Shown in pieces: positions 19,508 through 28,677 of a stretch of 34,590 bases of DNA; position 1 is the first letter of the stretch; each line of letters begins with the position of its first letter. Made by a program: the position numbers and the translations under genes. The notes under the pieces are model-generated. The model searched no databases and was not told where the DNA came from. It saw only the letters and a list, made by a program, of their open reading frames with translations. The stretch lies in sequence record SRR20825006_2306; one strand, given 5' to 3'.

Positions 19508-19713
19508 CCGACCCCTCCGGTTCCAAAATGTCTGAAAACGCCACCGCAGTTCATTGCCGGTATTTCGACGCGATCAGTCCAGAATTGATTAAAAAATAGG
19601 TTTCCCCACGCACTGCGTACAAATGAAGCACATTAGCCAACTGCCACGCAATGTTTTTTGACCGTCCGGGCAAGAATTTGCACAGTTGCATGCAATTTCA
19701 TTCGACTCCAAGC

Positions 19714-20463
19714 TCAAAACTCGCTGCGTTTTTCTGCCCCTTTGGCGCCTAGCTTTGGGAAAAACTGCAACAAACCGCCAATGCAATAAAGGTAAACCCC
19801 ACTGACAATAAAGATTGTTTCTACCCAGACCGGAGCTTCGAAGGATACGATCAGCGCATAAAAACCTGTAGTGCACCATAGCGCAAAAACGACAAGGTTC
19901 AGAGGGCGTAACCGTTTTACCCTCACAGGATGCAGAAAACTGACCGGAAGAAATGTCAAAATCACCGACAGCACAACGATCGCCATCGCCAGCAGGCCAT
20001 GTGGCTGGACCACAAAGAAGCTGAAAATAACCATATTCCAGACAACAGGGAATCCAGAGAAGAAGTTCTCATCTGTCTTCATACCGCTGTCAGCGTAATA
20101 GATCGCGCTGGAAACCACGATCAAAGCTGCGGCAATGAACGACCAGGGCTCGCCGATCATATGCGACTGATAAAGCGCAAAAGCCGGAAGAAGAACATAG
20201 GTAACGTAGTCAATGATATTGTCGAGCATAACACCTGACCAGCTCGGCAAAACCTCACTCACCTTCAGGCGGCGTGCGATTGGCCCGTCAATGCCATCAA
20301 CCAGCAAGGCTGCGCCAAGCCACCAGAACATGGTAACAAACCGCCCTTCCGCAGCAGCTACGACGCCCAGGAACGCAAGGAATGAACCGGACGCGGTCAG
20401 AATATGCACCGAAAATGCTCGGATCTCGGCAAATGGAACCTTTCGTTGGCTCAAAATTCCCAT
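19714..20463 (-). CDS. pcs: Phosphatidylcholine synthase
   Basis: CDP-alcohol phosphotransferase motif DGIDGPIARR...G..LDNIIDY plus Pcs-typical AFSVHILTASG, FSGFPVVWN and FLHPVRV. ATG at 20463 with SD AGAAAGG. Confidence 0.93.
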   Translation of the reverse strand: MGILSQRKVPFAEIRAFSVHILTASGSFLAFLGVVAAAEGRFVTMFWWLGAALLVDGIDGPIARRLKVSEVLPSWSGVMLDNIIDYVTYVLLPAFALYQSHMIGEPWSFIAAALIVVSSAIYYADSGMKTDENFFSGFPVVWNMVIFSFFVVQPHGLLAMAIVVLSVILTFLPVSFLHPVRVKRLRPLNLVVFALWCTTGFYALIVSFEAPVWVETIFIVSGVYLYCIGGLLQFFPKLGAKGAEKRSEF

Positions 20464-20532
20464 AGCGACCTTTCTTCTGGCGCAGCTGATCTGCGCTTTC
20501 ATGTGGTTCTCATATCGTTACAGCATGCATCA

Positions 20533-20547
20533 GAACAGGTTCAGAAC
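20533..20547. promoter_or_regulatory. Candidate alphaproteobacterial LexA (SOS) box between divergent pcs and the Ubi hydroxylase
   Basis: GAACAGGTTCAGAAC = GAAC-N7-GAAC, in an intergenic region. Confidence 0.4.
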
Positions 20548-20649
20548 GTATAGAAAATCTTTCTTTTCCAATTTTTTTCAGGACGCCAACAGAGCTGCCA
20601 CACTATATATGGGACAATGATATGATTTGCAGACTTTAAGGGAAGTGAA

Positions 20650-21834
20650 ATGCCGGAATACGAAATCGCCGTAATTGGCGGAGGCCCCGCCGGAATGATC
20701 ACAGCACTTGCCTGTGCCCGCGCCAGTCGCACCGTTGCGCTGATCGCACCTGAAGCGAACCGGCCGGACCACAGAACAACGGCTTTGATGGACCAGTCGA
20801 TGGCATTTATGAAACGGCTGGGCCTATGGAATGATATCGCGCCACATGCCGCTCCACTCAAAACAATGCGAATCATCGATGCCACCGGCAGGCTGGTTCG
20901 GGCACCGAGTGCAACCTTTCGCTCCGCTGAAATTGATCTGGACGCATTCGGCTATAATATTCCAAATGCTTTTCTCATCGAGAAACTTCAAACAGCTGTC
21001 GCCAATGAGCCCAATATTACACGATTTTCAACGCAAGCGACGTCCATTGATGCGACGACTGAAAAGGTATTCATCACACTTGATGAAGGTTCCGATCTTG
21101 AGGCGGGCCTTGTAATCGGCGCCGACGGGCGCAACTCGCTTGTCCGCAATTCTGCCAATATCGGCGTCAAAAAGTGGTCATATCCGCAAACGGCAATCGT
21201 CCTGAATTTCAAACATTCGCTGCCACATGATGACATTTCCACTGAATTTCATACCCGTACCGGACCGTTCACCCAGGTTCCGCTGCCCGGCGGAAATCGC
21301 TCCAGCCTTGTCTGGGTACTTGATCAGCAAGCTGCGACGAGCCTTTCCATAAAGGGTGCCACGGAAATCAGCCCCGCTGTTGAACAGCGGATGAACTCAT
21401 TGCTGGGTGCGGTAGAGGTTGAAGAGCCGATACAGACATGGCCGCTTTCATCATTTGTTGCGCACCGCTTTGGCAAAGGTCGCCTGCTGCTTGTCGGCGA
21501 GGCCGCGCACGGTTTCCCCCCAATTGGAGCGCAGGGTCTGAACCTCAGCCTGCGCGATGTCATGCGGTTGACGCGAATGCTCGAGGGCATCAGCGGCAAA
21601 TCCATCTCCGCTCGCACTGGTGATCAATACGACATCATGCGTAAATCCGATGTCTGGACCCGCACACTCAGTGTCGATCTGCTGAATCGCTCTCTTATCG
21701 CGGACTTTTTGCCAGCACAACTCGGTCGGGCCGCCGGGCTGCATTTGCTTTCATCACTTCCTCCGCTCCGACAATTTGCAATGCGTGAGGGTGTTCAGCC
21801 GCTCAAAGGGATCAGGGCACTCCTGCCACTTTGA
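20650..21834 (+). CDS. UbiH/UbiF family FAD-dependent hydroxylase (ubiquinone biosynthesis)
   Basis: GGGPAG Rossmann motif, IGADGRNS, YPQTAIV, VGEAAHGFPPIGAQGLNL. Confidence 0.9.
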   Translation: MPEYEIAVIGGGPAGMITALACARASRTVALIAPEANRPDHRTTALMDQSMAFMKRLGLWNDIAPHAAPLKTMRIIDATGRLVRAPSATFRSAEIDLDAFGYNIPNAFLIEKLQTAVANEPNITRFSTQATSIDATTEKVFITLDEGSDLEAGLVIGADGRNSLVRNSANIGVKKWSYPQTAIVLNFKHSLPHDDISTEFHTRTGPFTQVPLPGGNRSSLVWVLDQQAATSLSIKGATEISPAVEQRMNSLLGAVEVEEPIQTWPLSSFVAHRFGKGRLLLVGEAAHGFPPIGAQGLNLSLRDVMRLTRMLEGISGKSISARTGDQYDIMRKSDVWTRTLSVDLLNRSLIADFLPAQLGRAAGLHLLSSLPPLRQFAMREGVQPLKGIRALLPL

Positions 21835-21904
21835 GCTGTCTGTTACATGGTCGGGTCGCTGACGCGCCCCCTCCCCGAAAGGATCGTTTCCAGACTGGCT
21901 GGCC

Positions 21905-22342
21905 TCATTCGGGCAATTGCATCCGGCCAACCTCGTCCAGTGGCGCCATCGGGTTAAATGCAACTTCCCAGATGTGTCCATCCGGATCGGCAAAATAACC
22001 GCTATAGCCGCCCCAGAAAACTTTCTCTGCCGCTTTTGTGATGCGAGCACCGCAGGTTTTCGCAAAAGCGAGAGCGTCATCGACCTCTGCCTCGCTGCGT
22101 ACATTATGGGCAAGGGCAACGCCTGAAAAACCCTCAGGCATTCCGGTGGTCTCCAATCCCGCATCGGCCGCCAGCGCCTCACGCGAGAAAAGGCCAAGAA
22201 CCAGGTTATCAAGCTGGATAAAGGTTATTTCTTCTGCAGAAACTGTCGATTTTGACCAGCCAAGCCGCTCGTAAAATGCAGTCGACCGATCCAGATCATG
22301 CACTCCCAGCGTGATCAGATTTACGCGCCGTTCAAATGCCAT
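21905..22342 (-). CDS. VOC (glyoxalase/bleomycin-resistance) family protein
   Basis: LITLGVHDLDRSTAFYERLGW and C-terminal FWGGYSGYFADPDGHIWEVA. Confidence 0.92.
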   Translation of the reverse strand: MAFERRVNLITLGVHDLDRSTAFYERLGWSKSTVSAEEITFIQLDNLVLGLFSREALAADAGLETTGMPEGFSGVALAHNVRSEAEVDDALAFAKTCGARITKAAEKVFWGGYSGYFADPDGHIWEVAFNPMAPLDEVGRMQLPE

Positions 22343-22375
22343 CGACCTACCCTTTCAGCTTGAAATGCATTTTTT

Positions 22376-22390
22376 GTTCTATATATGTTC
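22376..22390 (-). promoter_or_regulatory. LexA (SOS) box overlapping the putative promoter of the VOC gene
   Basis: GTTCTATATATGTTC = GTTC-N7-GTTC, 33 bp upstream of the VOC start. It overlaps a minus-strand TTGTAT-N17-TATAGA promoter-like element. Confidence 0.7.
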
Positions 22391-22531
22391 CAAAAATGCA
22401 ATACAAGTGAAACAATACGTACTGCCGCTTAGTTCGTTGTCTGTAGAGCACCACGGTGCGGTATTATTTTACCATTATTTTAATGCTTTGTTTTTGTTAC
22501 ATAATATCTATAGATGCTGCCGTATTTCATC

Positions 22532-22560
22532 TTGACCCTTCGACTCTTGCAGCCTATAAC
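22532..22560 (+). promoter_or_regulatory. Sigma70 promoter of rplM-rpsI
   Basis: TTGACC-N17-TATAAC, ~115 bp upstream of the rplM ATG. Confidence 0.8.
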
Positions 22561-22674
22561 CCCGCAAACATTTGCTTGTTGAGCCAGTGTTTTTCATCTT
22601 GGTATTCGTCTGCCAAGACAAGCAACAAGAAACGTCCGTTCCTTCTGGTTCGGATCAAATTGAGAGTATCAACA

Positions 22675-23139
22675 ATGGTTACCTTCTCCCAGAAGCCTGA
22701 AGAGGTGGAAAAGAAGTGGATCGTGATCGATGCCGAAGGTCTCGTCCTCGGCCGTCTCGCTTCGCTCGTTGCCATGCGCCTGCGCGGCAAGCACAAAGCC
22801 ACCTATACCCCGCATGTCGATGATGGCGACAATGTCATCGTCATTAACGCTGAAAAGGTCGTTCTGACCGGCCAGAAGTACTACAACAAAATGTACTACT
22901 GGCACACCGGTTATCCCGGCGGCATCAAGGAGCGTAATGCGCGCCAGATCATCGAGGGCCGTTTCCCGGAACGCGTCATCGAGAAGGCTGTTGAGCGCAT
23001 GGTTCCGCGCGGCCCGCTTGGCCGTCGTCAGATGAAGAATCTGCGCGTTTACGCCGGAACCAATCACCCGCACGAAGCTCAGCAGCCCGAAGCACTCGAC
23101 GTTGCCAAGCTCAACAAGAAGAATGTGAGGAGCGCATAA
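22675..23139 (+). CDS. rplM: 50S ribosomal protein L13
   Basis: [52 protein letters not shown]. True start is ATG 22675; the ORF-track extension from 22456 is spurious. Confidence 0.98.
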   Translation: MVTFSQKPEEVEKKWIVIDAEGLVLGRLASLVAMRLRGKHKATYTPHVDDGDNVIVINAEKVVLTGQKYYNKMYYWHTGYPGGIKERNARQIIEGRFPERVIEKAVERMVPRGPLGRRQMKNLRVYAGTNHPHEAQQPEALDVAKLNKKNVRSA

Positions 23140-23618
23140 TGGCTGAGCTTTCCGATCTGAAGGCCCTTGGCGATGTCGCCACCGCCGAAGCAACCCCTGC
23201 AGCTCCTGTTTATGAGCGCAAGGTCGATGATCTGGGTCGCGCCTATGCAACGGGCAAGCGTAAAGACGCCGTTGCCCGCGTGTGGGTAAAGGCAGGCACT
23301 GGCAAGATCACTGTCAATGGCAAGGACTTTACCGAGTATTTCGGTCGTCCGGTTCTGCAGATGATCCTGCAGCAGCCGATTGCTGTTACTGCGCGTGATG
23401 GCCAGTTCGATATCGTAGTCACTGTTACCGGTGGTGGTCTTTCCGGCCAGGCCGGTGCTGTTCGTCATGGCATTTCCAAGGCCCTTACACACTATGAGCC
23501 TGGCCTTCGCGCCGTTCTCAAGAAGGGTGGCTTCCTGACCCGTGACAGCCGTGTTGTTGAACGTAAGAAGTACGGCCGCGCAAAAGCCCGTCGTTCGTTC
23601 CAGTTCTCCAAGCGTTAA
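23139..23618 (+). CDS. rpsI: 30S ribosomal protein S9
   Basis: [40 protein letters not shown] and C-terminal QFSKR; TAATG overlap with rplM. Confidence 0.98.
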   Translation: MAELSDLKALGDVATAEATPAAPVYERKVDDLGRAYATGKRKDAVARVWVKAGTGKITVNGKDFTEYFGRPVLQMILQQPIAVTARDGQFDIVVTVTGGGLSGQAGAVRHGISKALTHYEPGLRAVLKKGGFLTRDSRVVERKKYGRAKARRSFQFSKR

Positions 23619-23658
23619 TTTTGTGGCGGGCCCTGCCCGTCGCTTTGCGAAATTTTGG

Positions 23659-23691
23659 AAAAAGGCGGAGCCACTCGGTTCCGCCTTTTTT
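23659..23691 (+). terminator. Intrinsic terminator of rplM-rpsI
   Basis: AAAAAGGCGGAGCC-ACTC-GGTTCCGCCTTTTTT. Confidence 0.88.
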
Positions 23692-23752
23692 ATTGTCTGA
23701 AATTTTTGAACAACCCACCGGGCACAGGAACAAAGACAAGCAACGCGGTTTC

Positions 23753-23783
23753 AAAAAAAGGCGCCCGATATCCGGACGCCTTT
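23753..23783 (-). terminator. Intrinsic terminator of valS
   Basis: Minus strand AAAGGCGTCCG-GATAT-CGGGCGCCTTTTTTT, 25 bp after the valS stop. Confidence 0.85.
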
Positions 23784-23808
23784 CCTTGCTTTAAGCGGTC
23801 ATTTAAAG

Positions 23809-26721
23809 TCAGCCAGCTTCTGCAACCCGTGTCAAAGCCACCGCCAGCTGGTCACGCTGCTGTTTCAGCTCTTCAAAACGCTCTCGCTCCGTTGCAACCA
23901 CTTCAGGATCGGCGTTGGCGACAAACTTCTCATTGCTCAGCTTATTCTGGCAACGATCAATATCCTTGTCGACTTTACCGATCGCCTTTTCGAGACGTGC
24001 TGTTTCGGCTGCGATATCGATAAGCGAGCCAAGTGGTATGCAGGCGGTGGCTTCACCGATAATCACCTGCGCTGCTCCCTTGGGCGCCTGCTTTTCAAAG
24101 TCGAGTGATTCAACGCGCGCCAGCCGTTCAATAGCCGGATAGTGCCGTGCTGTGCGTTCACGGGTTTGCGAATTGGCGCCGACAAAAACCAGCGGCGCCA
24201 TGGCACCGGCGGGAACATTGACTTCAGAGCGAGCCGAGCGGAGACCGGAAATCAAATCCACCAGCCAGTTAATCTCTTCCGCCGCTTTTTCATCGCGGTG
24301 AAGCGGCGTATGCCAGTCGGCATGTGCCAGCAGCCCTTCGCCGCCGATATGTGCCCAAAGCTCTTCGGTCATGAATGGCATAAACGGATGAAGAAGCTTG
24401 TAGGTTTCCGAAAGAACATAAGCGATGCAGGCCTGTGCTTCCGATTTTGCATTGGCGTCATCACCGCTGAAGACCGGCTTCAAAAGCTCAAGATACCAGT
24501 CACACACCTCATGCCAGACGAAGTGGTAGAGCGCGCTCGCAGCCTCATTGAAGCGATAGTGCTCAATGGCGCGAGTGACCTCTTCGGCAGTCTTCGAAAG
24601 CTCGGTCAGGATCCATCGGTTGATCGTTTGTGTTGCCACTTCCGGGCGGAAATCAGGATCGAGTTTCATGCCGTTCATTCCGGCAAAGCGTGTGGCATTC
24701 CACAGCTTGGTTCCGAAGTTCCGATATCCGGCGATACGGCTGGTATCGAGCTTAACGTCCCTGCCCTGCGCCGCCATAATAGCCAGCGTAAAGCGCATTG
24801 CGTCCGCACCGTATTCATCAATCAGGTCCAGCGGGTTGATCACATTGCCCTTGGACTTCGACATCTTCTGACCGTTCTTGTCGCGCACCAGGGCATGAAC
24901 ATAAACGGTGTGGAACGGTTCAACCGGTTTACCGTGATCGTCCTTCATGAAATGCAGCGCATCCATCATCATGCGCGCAACCCAGAAAAAGATGATGTCA
25001 AAACCGGTTACAAGAACACTGGTTGGATAATACCGCTCAAGCTCTGGCGTCTTTTCTGGCCAGCCGAGCGTCGAAAATGGCCAAAGGCCGGATGAAAACC
25101 AGGTATCCAGAACATCTTCATCACGGGTCAGGATATTACCGGGTTCAAAATTCTCAAGCTGATCCTCGACCCAGGCTTTCCATGGACCTTCATGCGAGAT
25201 GTAATGCTGAACCGCAGCATCCAGCGCTTCTTCCTCCGTTTTCTCGACGAATACGGTTCCATCCGGACCATACCAGGCCGGAATCTGGTGACCCCACCAA
25301 AGCTGGCGCGAAATGCACCAGGGCTCGATGTTCTCCATCCAGTCAAAATAGGTTTTTTCCCAGCTTTTGGGAACAAACTTCGTGCGTCCTTCGCGAACGG
25401 ATTCAATGGCTGGTTCAGCAAGCGTTTTTGCATCTGCAAACCACTGGTCCGTCAGCATGGGTTCGATAACAACGCCGGAGCGGTCACCGAAAGGCTGCAT
25501 GATCTTCTTGTTTTCAACGAAGGGAACTGCGTTGCCTTCTTCGTCCTTTACGGTGACGGCCAGTCCCTCGGCGCTGATGGACTCGACAATCCTTTTCCGC
25601 GCTTCATGACGATCGAGTCCGCGATATTCATCGGGAACAAGGTTGATATCATCAACTTCAGATTCGCTTGGCAGAGCACCGGATCTGGCAATCTCCATCG
25701 CCTTGGCCGCACAAGCAGCATAGGGCTCGCCGTCATTGCGCATGGCGGCCTTCTCGTCCATCAGACGATAGAGCGGAATATGATTGCGGCGGGCAACAGC
25801 ATAGTCATTGAAATCATGTGCACCGGTGATCTTGACTGCGCCGGAACCGAAATCGGGATCCGGATATTCGTCTGTGATGATTGGAATCAGACGACGATGC
25901 TCTTTTGGCCCAACCGGAATTTCACAGAATTTACCGACAATTGGCAAATAACGCTCATCAGTGGGATGAACAGCAACTGCACCGTCGCCGAGCATCGTCT
26001 CAGGACGTGTCGTTGCGATAGAGATATAATCGCGCTCTTCTTCAAGAATGATGTTACCGTCTTCATCCTTCTCGACATAGGTGTAGGTTTCGCCACCAGC
26101 CAGCGGATATTTGAAATGCCACATATGGCCGTCGACCTCGGTATTCTCCACTTCGAGATCGGAAATCGCGGTTTCAAAGGCGGGATCCCAGTTAACAAGT
26201 CGCTTGCCCCGGTAAATCAGGCCCTGTTTGTAGAGCGTAACGAAGACTTCCAGGACAGCCTCGGAAAGGCCGTCATCCATCGTAAAACGCTCACGCGACC
26301 AATCGCAGGAAGCACCAAGACGTTTCAACTGATTCAGAATCTGTCCGCCGGATTCTTCTTTCCATTGCCAAACCTTGTCGATGAAGGCGTCGCGCCCCAT
26401 CTCGCGACGGCCAGGCTGCTTCTCAGCAGCCAGCTTACGCTCGACAACCATTTGTGTGGCGATACCGGCATGATCCATTCCAGGCTGCCATAGAACATCC
26501 TTGCCGCGCATACGCTCAAAACGGACCATGATGTCCTGCAGCGTATTGTTCAGTGCATGGCCCATATGGAGCTGCCCCGTCACATTGGGCGGAGGTATCA
26601 CAATACTGAAGGAATCGGCACCTGGCTTTGCATTCGCGCCGGCGCGAAACGCGTCAGCTTCATCCCATCGGCGAGCGATCTTTGGTTCAACGCTTTTTGC
26701 GTCATAAGTCTTGTCCAGCAT
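23809..26721 (-). CDS. valS: Valine--tRNA ligase
   Basis: PPPNVTG.LHMGH (HIGH motif), PGMDHAGIATQ, TTRPETMLGD, WCISRQLWWGH, DVLDTWFSS, KMSKSKGN and C-terminal coiled coil. Start placed at ATG 26721 (MLDKTYD). Confidence 0.98.
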   Translation of the reverse strand: MLDKTYDAKSVEPKIARRWDEADAFRAGANAKPGADSFSIVIPPPNVTGQLHMGHALNNTLQDIMVRFERMRGKDVLWQPGMDHAGIATQMVVERKLAAEKQPGRREMGRDAFIDKVWQWKEESGGQILNQLKRLGASCDWSRERFTMDDGLSEAVLEVFVTLYKQGLIYRGKRLVNWDPAFETAISDLEVENTEVDGHMWHFKYPLAGGETYTYVEKDEDGNIILEEERDYISIATTRPETMLGDGAVAVHPTDERYLPIVGKFCEIPVGPKEHRRLIPIITDEYPDPDFGSGAVKITGAHDFNDYAVARRNHIPLYRLMDEKAAMRNDGEPYAACAAKAMEIARSGALPSESEVDDINLVPDEYRGLDRHEARKRIVESISAEGLAVTVKDEEGNAVPFVENKKIMQPFGDRSGVVIEPMLTDQWFADAKTLAEPAIESVREGRTKFVPKSWEKTYFDWMENIEPWCISRQLWWGHQIPAWYGPDGTVFVEKTEEEALDAAVQHYISHEGPWKAWVEDQLENFEPGNILTRDEDVLDTWFSSGLWPFSTLGWPEKTPELERYYPTSVLVTGFDIIFFWVARMMMDALHFMKDDHGKPVEPFHTVYVHALVRDKNGQKMSKSKGNVINPLDLIDEYGADAMRFTLAIMAAQGRDVKLDTSRIAGYRNFGTKLWNATRFAGMNGMKLDPDFRPEVATQTINRWILTELSKTAEEVTRAIEHYRFNEAASALYHFVWHEVCDWYLELLKPVFSGDDANAKSEAQACIAYVLSETYKLLHPFMPFMTEELWAHIGGEGLLAHADWHTPLHRDEKAAEEINWLVDLISGLRSARSEVNVPAGAMAPLVFVGANSQTRERTARHYPAIERLARVESLDFEKQAPKGAAQVIIGEATACIPLGSLIDIAAETARLEKAIGKVDKDIDRCQNKLSNEKFVANADPEVVATERERFEELKQQRDQLAVALTRVAEAG

Positions 26722-26878
26722 GTTCAAGCCAATTCCTGTGTTTAACGCAGGAACCGGTTTGCCTCTGGCAACACGCTTTCCCGCGCAAAAACAATGTTTG
26801 GGGCCGGTTCGCATTGAGCGAAGCTTGGCCCTTTGAAGGATAGATGTTGTTAAGCGGTTGCGCCAAAACCTGTCAACA

Positions 26879-26909
26879 ATAAAGCCGCCTTGATGTAAGG
26901 CGGCTTTAT
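26879..26909 (-). terminator. Hairpin / probable terminator downstream of popZ
   Basis: 13-bp perfect stem ATAAAGCCGCCTT-GATGT-AAGGCGGCTTTAT. Confidence 0.75.
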
Positions 26910-26930
26910 CACAGAACGGCCTCAGAAAGA

Positions 26931-27632
26931 TCAGTCGTGCGCTGGTTTGCGCATACGCTCCAGTTCCTTGGCGACCATCCGCTCGACAATTGATGGCATG
27001 TTTTGATCAAGCCAGGCACTCAGCAAAGGACGCAGCTCTTCGGCAATGATTTCCTCGATGCTGCGAACACCTTCCTGGTTCAGTGCAACGGAAAGTTCCT
27101 GAAGCGCACTGGTGATCCGAGCCTCGGCGTCGGCTGATACCAGTCCCGCTTCGTTGTCTTTGGATGCGCTTTCCGGTGTCGTGCCATTGGACGAAACGTT
27201 CTCTTGATCATCGCTGATTGCAGATGCAGCAAGCACCTGATCTGCGACTTCACCGATCGAACCGGGATAAACTTCCTGCTGGATGGCATTGGTTGCCTCC
27301 CGGAGCTCTTCTGATGCTATGGCGTCGGCTCCGCCCTCTTCGGTGTGGCTGGAATCCTTAGTGCCGTGCGTTCTGGAAATGACCACCCGGTCTGCCTGCG
27401 ATACGTCTTCAGAATGTTCGCTTTCCGAATCGGAAACATCAGGTTGCATCAAGTTGTGAACACTTGCGCTGCCGCCTTCCCCTGACATGGCCGGATCACT
27501 ATATTCAGGCGGGTTATGGTCACTCCGTTCGGAGTAATCCCGTTCCGTCTCTTCTCCGCTGTCAATAATCCTGCGGATTGAAGCAAGGATCTCTTCCATT
27601 GTCGGTTCTTGCTGAGCTTTCGGCTGCGCCAT
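26931..27632 (-). CDS. popZ: Polar organizing protein PopZ
   Basis: N-terminal EPTMEEILASIRRII, acidic low-complexity middle, C-terminal RSIEEIIAEELRPLLSAWLDQNMPSIVERMVAKELER; upstream of valS. ATG at 27632 with SD GAGG. Confidence 0.93.
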   Translation of the reverse strand: MAQPKAQQEPTMEEILASIRRIIDSGEETERDYSERSDHNPPEYSDPAMSGEGGSASVHNLMQPDVSDSESEHSEDVSQADRVVISRTHGTKDSSHTEEGGADAIASEELREATNAIQQEVYPGSIGEVADQVLAASAISDDQENVSSNGTTPESASKDNEAGLVSADAEARITSALQELSVALNQEGVRSIEEIIAEELRPLLSAWLDQNMPSIVERMVAKELERMRKPAHD

Positions 27633-28005
27633 TACTGACCTCTCTGCGCCTTGCGGCGAAAAATACTGGGCACGACTCATATCAACTATACCGCGCGCAC
27701 TGTATTAGTCAGACCGGCCCCGGTCCAATTTCAGGCGCTATACACAGTTTTTTCACGACCGGTTCGACAATGCCTGTATCCAGCTCGTGGAAAACAGCCG
27801 GTTTGTGCCTGATGTTATTGGCGCGCATATTTGCAAAGCACAAGCTGGCCCGTTTCCAACATCTAACTCCCATTGCAGCAAGCTCACGTGTAAATGTTGG
27901 AATTATGAAAACCTCTGGCAAGTTTATGTTTGTCGCATGAATTTCGAATTTGCCCCTTGATGGACGACGTCGCTGAAACGGGACACCAACATCAAATTCA
28001 TTCCA

Positions 28006-28677
28006 CTAGAATTCGAATTCTTTTGCCTTGGTAAAGCCCGGTAACGGTTTTATGGCTGCATTGAACGAGGCAAGGTAGGAGCAGACATCGCGCTCACGCC
28101 AGTAAAGCTTCGCGCGGGCCGCATTTCCATAACCTTCGACTGCGACAAGACGTCCGCCATCGCGGAGCTGATCCAGCAGCGCCTGCGGAACAAACTCAAC
28201 CGCGCCGTTCACAAATATGGCATCATAGGGTGCTTCAGGCGCATAGCCCTCCTCAAGCGCGCCGGAAACAACCGCAGTATTATCATATCCGAGTTCGGCG
28301 AGGTGCTCACTGGCTTCAGTGACCAGCGCCTCGTCATTTTCAACGGCAACCACCGAATTTGCGAGAAGTGAAAGAAGTGCTGTGGAGTAACCTTCACCAG
28401 CGCCAACCACCAGGATGACGTCGTTCTTCCTGACTTCAAGAAGCTGAATCAGCTTTGCCAGCGGCGAAGGCTCCATCATGTAGCGGGCCGGGCTATCATC
28501 ACCAGCAGCTTTGACCGGTATATCTTCATCTATATAGGCAAGTGACTTCTTCTCCTGCGGCAGGAAAGCTTCGCGCGGAACTGACAAGAATGCCGAAATA
28601 ACCGGATGAGACGTAACATCCGTCGTTCGGATCTGGTTTTCAACCATTTTGATGCGCGCCGCTTCGAAATTCATCAT
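28006..28677 (-). CDS. pcm: Protein-L-isoaspartate O-methyltransferase family protein
   Basis: FEAARIKMVENQIRT, VPREAF, SAM motif LVVGAGEGYS, APYDAIFVNGAV, QLRDGGRLV, LPGF...F.F. Confidence 0.92.
   Translation of the reverse strand: MMNFEAARIKMVENQIRTTDVTSHPVISAFLSVPREAFLPQEKKSLAYIDEDIPVKAAGDDSPARYMMEPSPLAKLIQLLEVRKNDVILVVGAGEGYSTALLSLLANSVVAVENDEALVTEASEHLAELGYDNTAVVSGALEEGYAPEAPYDAIFVNGAVEFVPQALLDQLRDGGRLVAVEGYGNAARAKLYWRERDVCSYLASFNAAIKPLPGFTKAKEFEF

Noticed and set aside
19508..19713. Sigma54 promoter or NtrC site upstream of the purine-type ABC operon
   Set aside because: No correctly spaced GG-N10-GC consensus or TGCAC-N7-GTGCA found.
22456..22674. Hydrophobic 73-aa N-terminal extension of L13 in the ORF track
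   Set aside because: It spans the rplM promoter and leader; canonical L13 starts at 22675.
25192..26493. 433-aa plus-strand ORF (also 24142-25095, 317 aa)
   Set aside because: Antisense shadows of valS with no recognisable motifs; expected from codon bias.
27709..27940. Small ORFs in the popZ-pcm spacer (70 aa minus, 120 aa plus) as a tolC remnant or small protein
   Set aside because: No signal peptide, TolC-like sequence or clear RBS.
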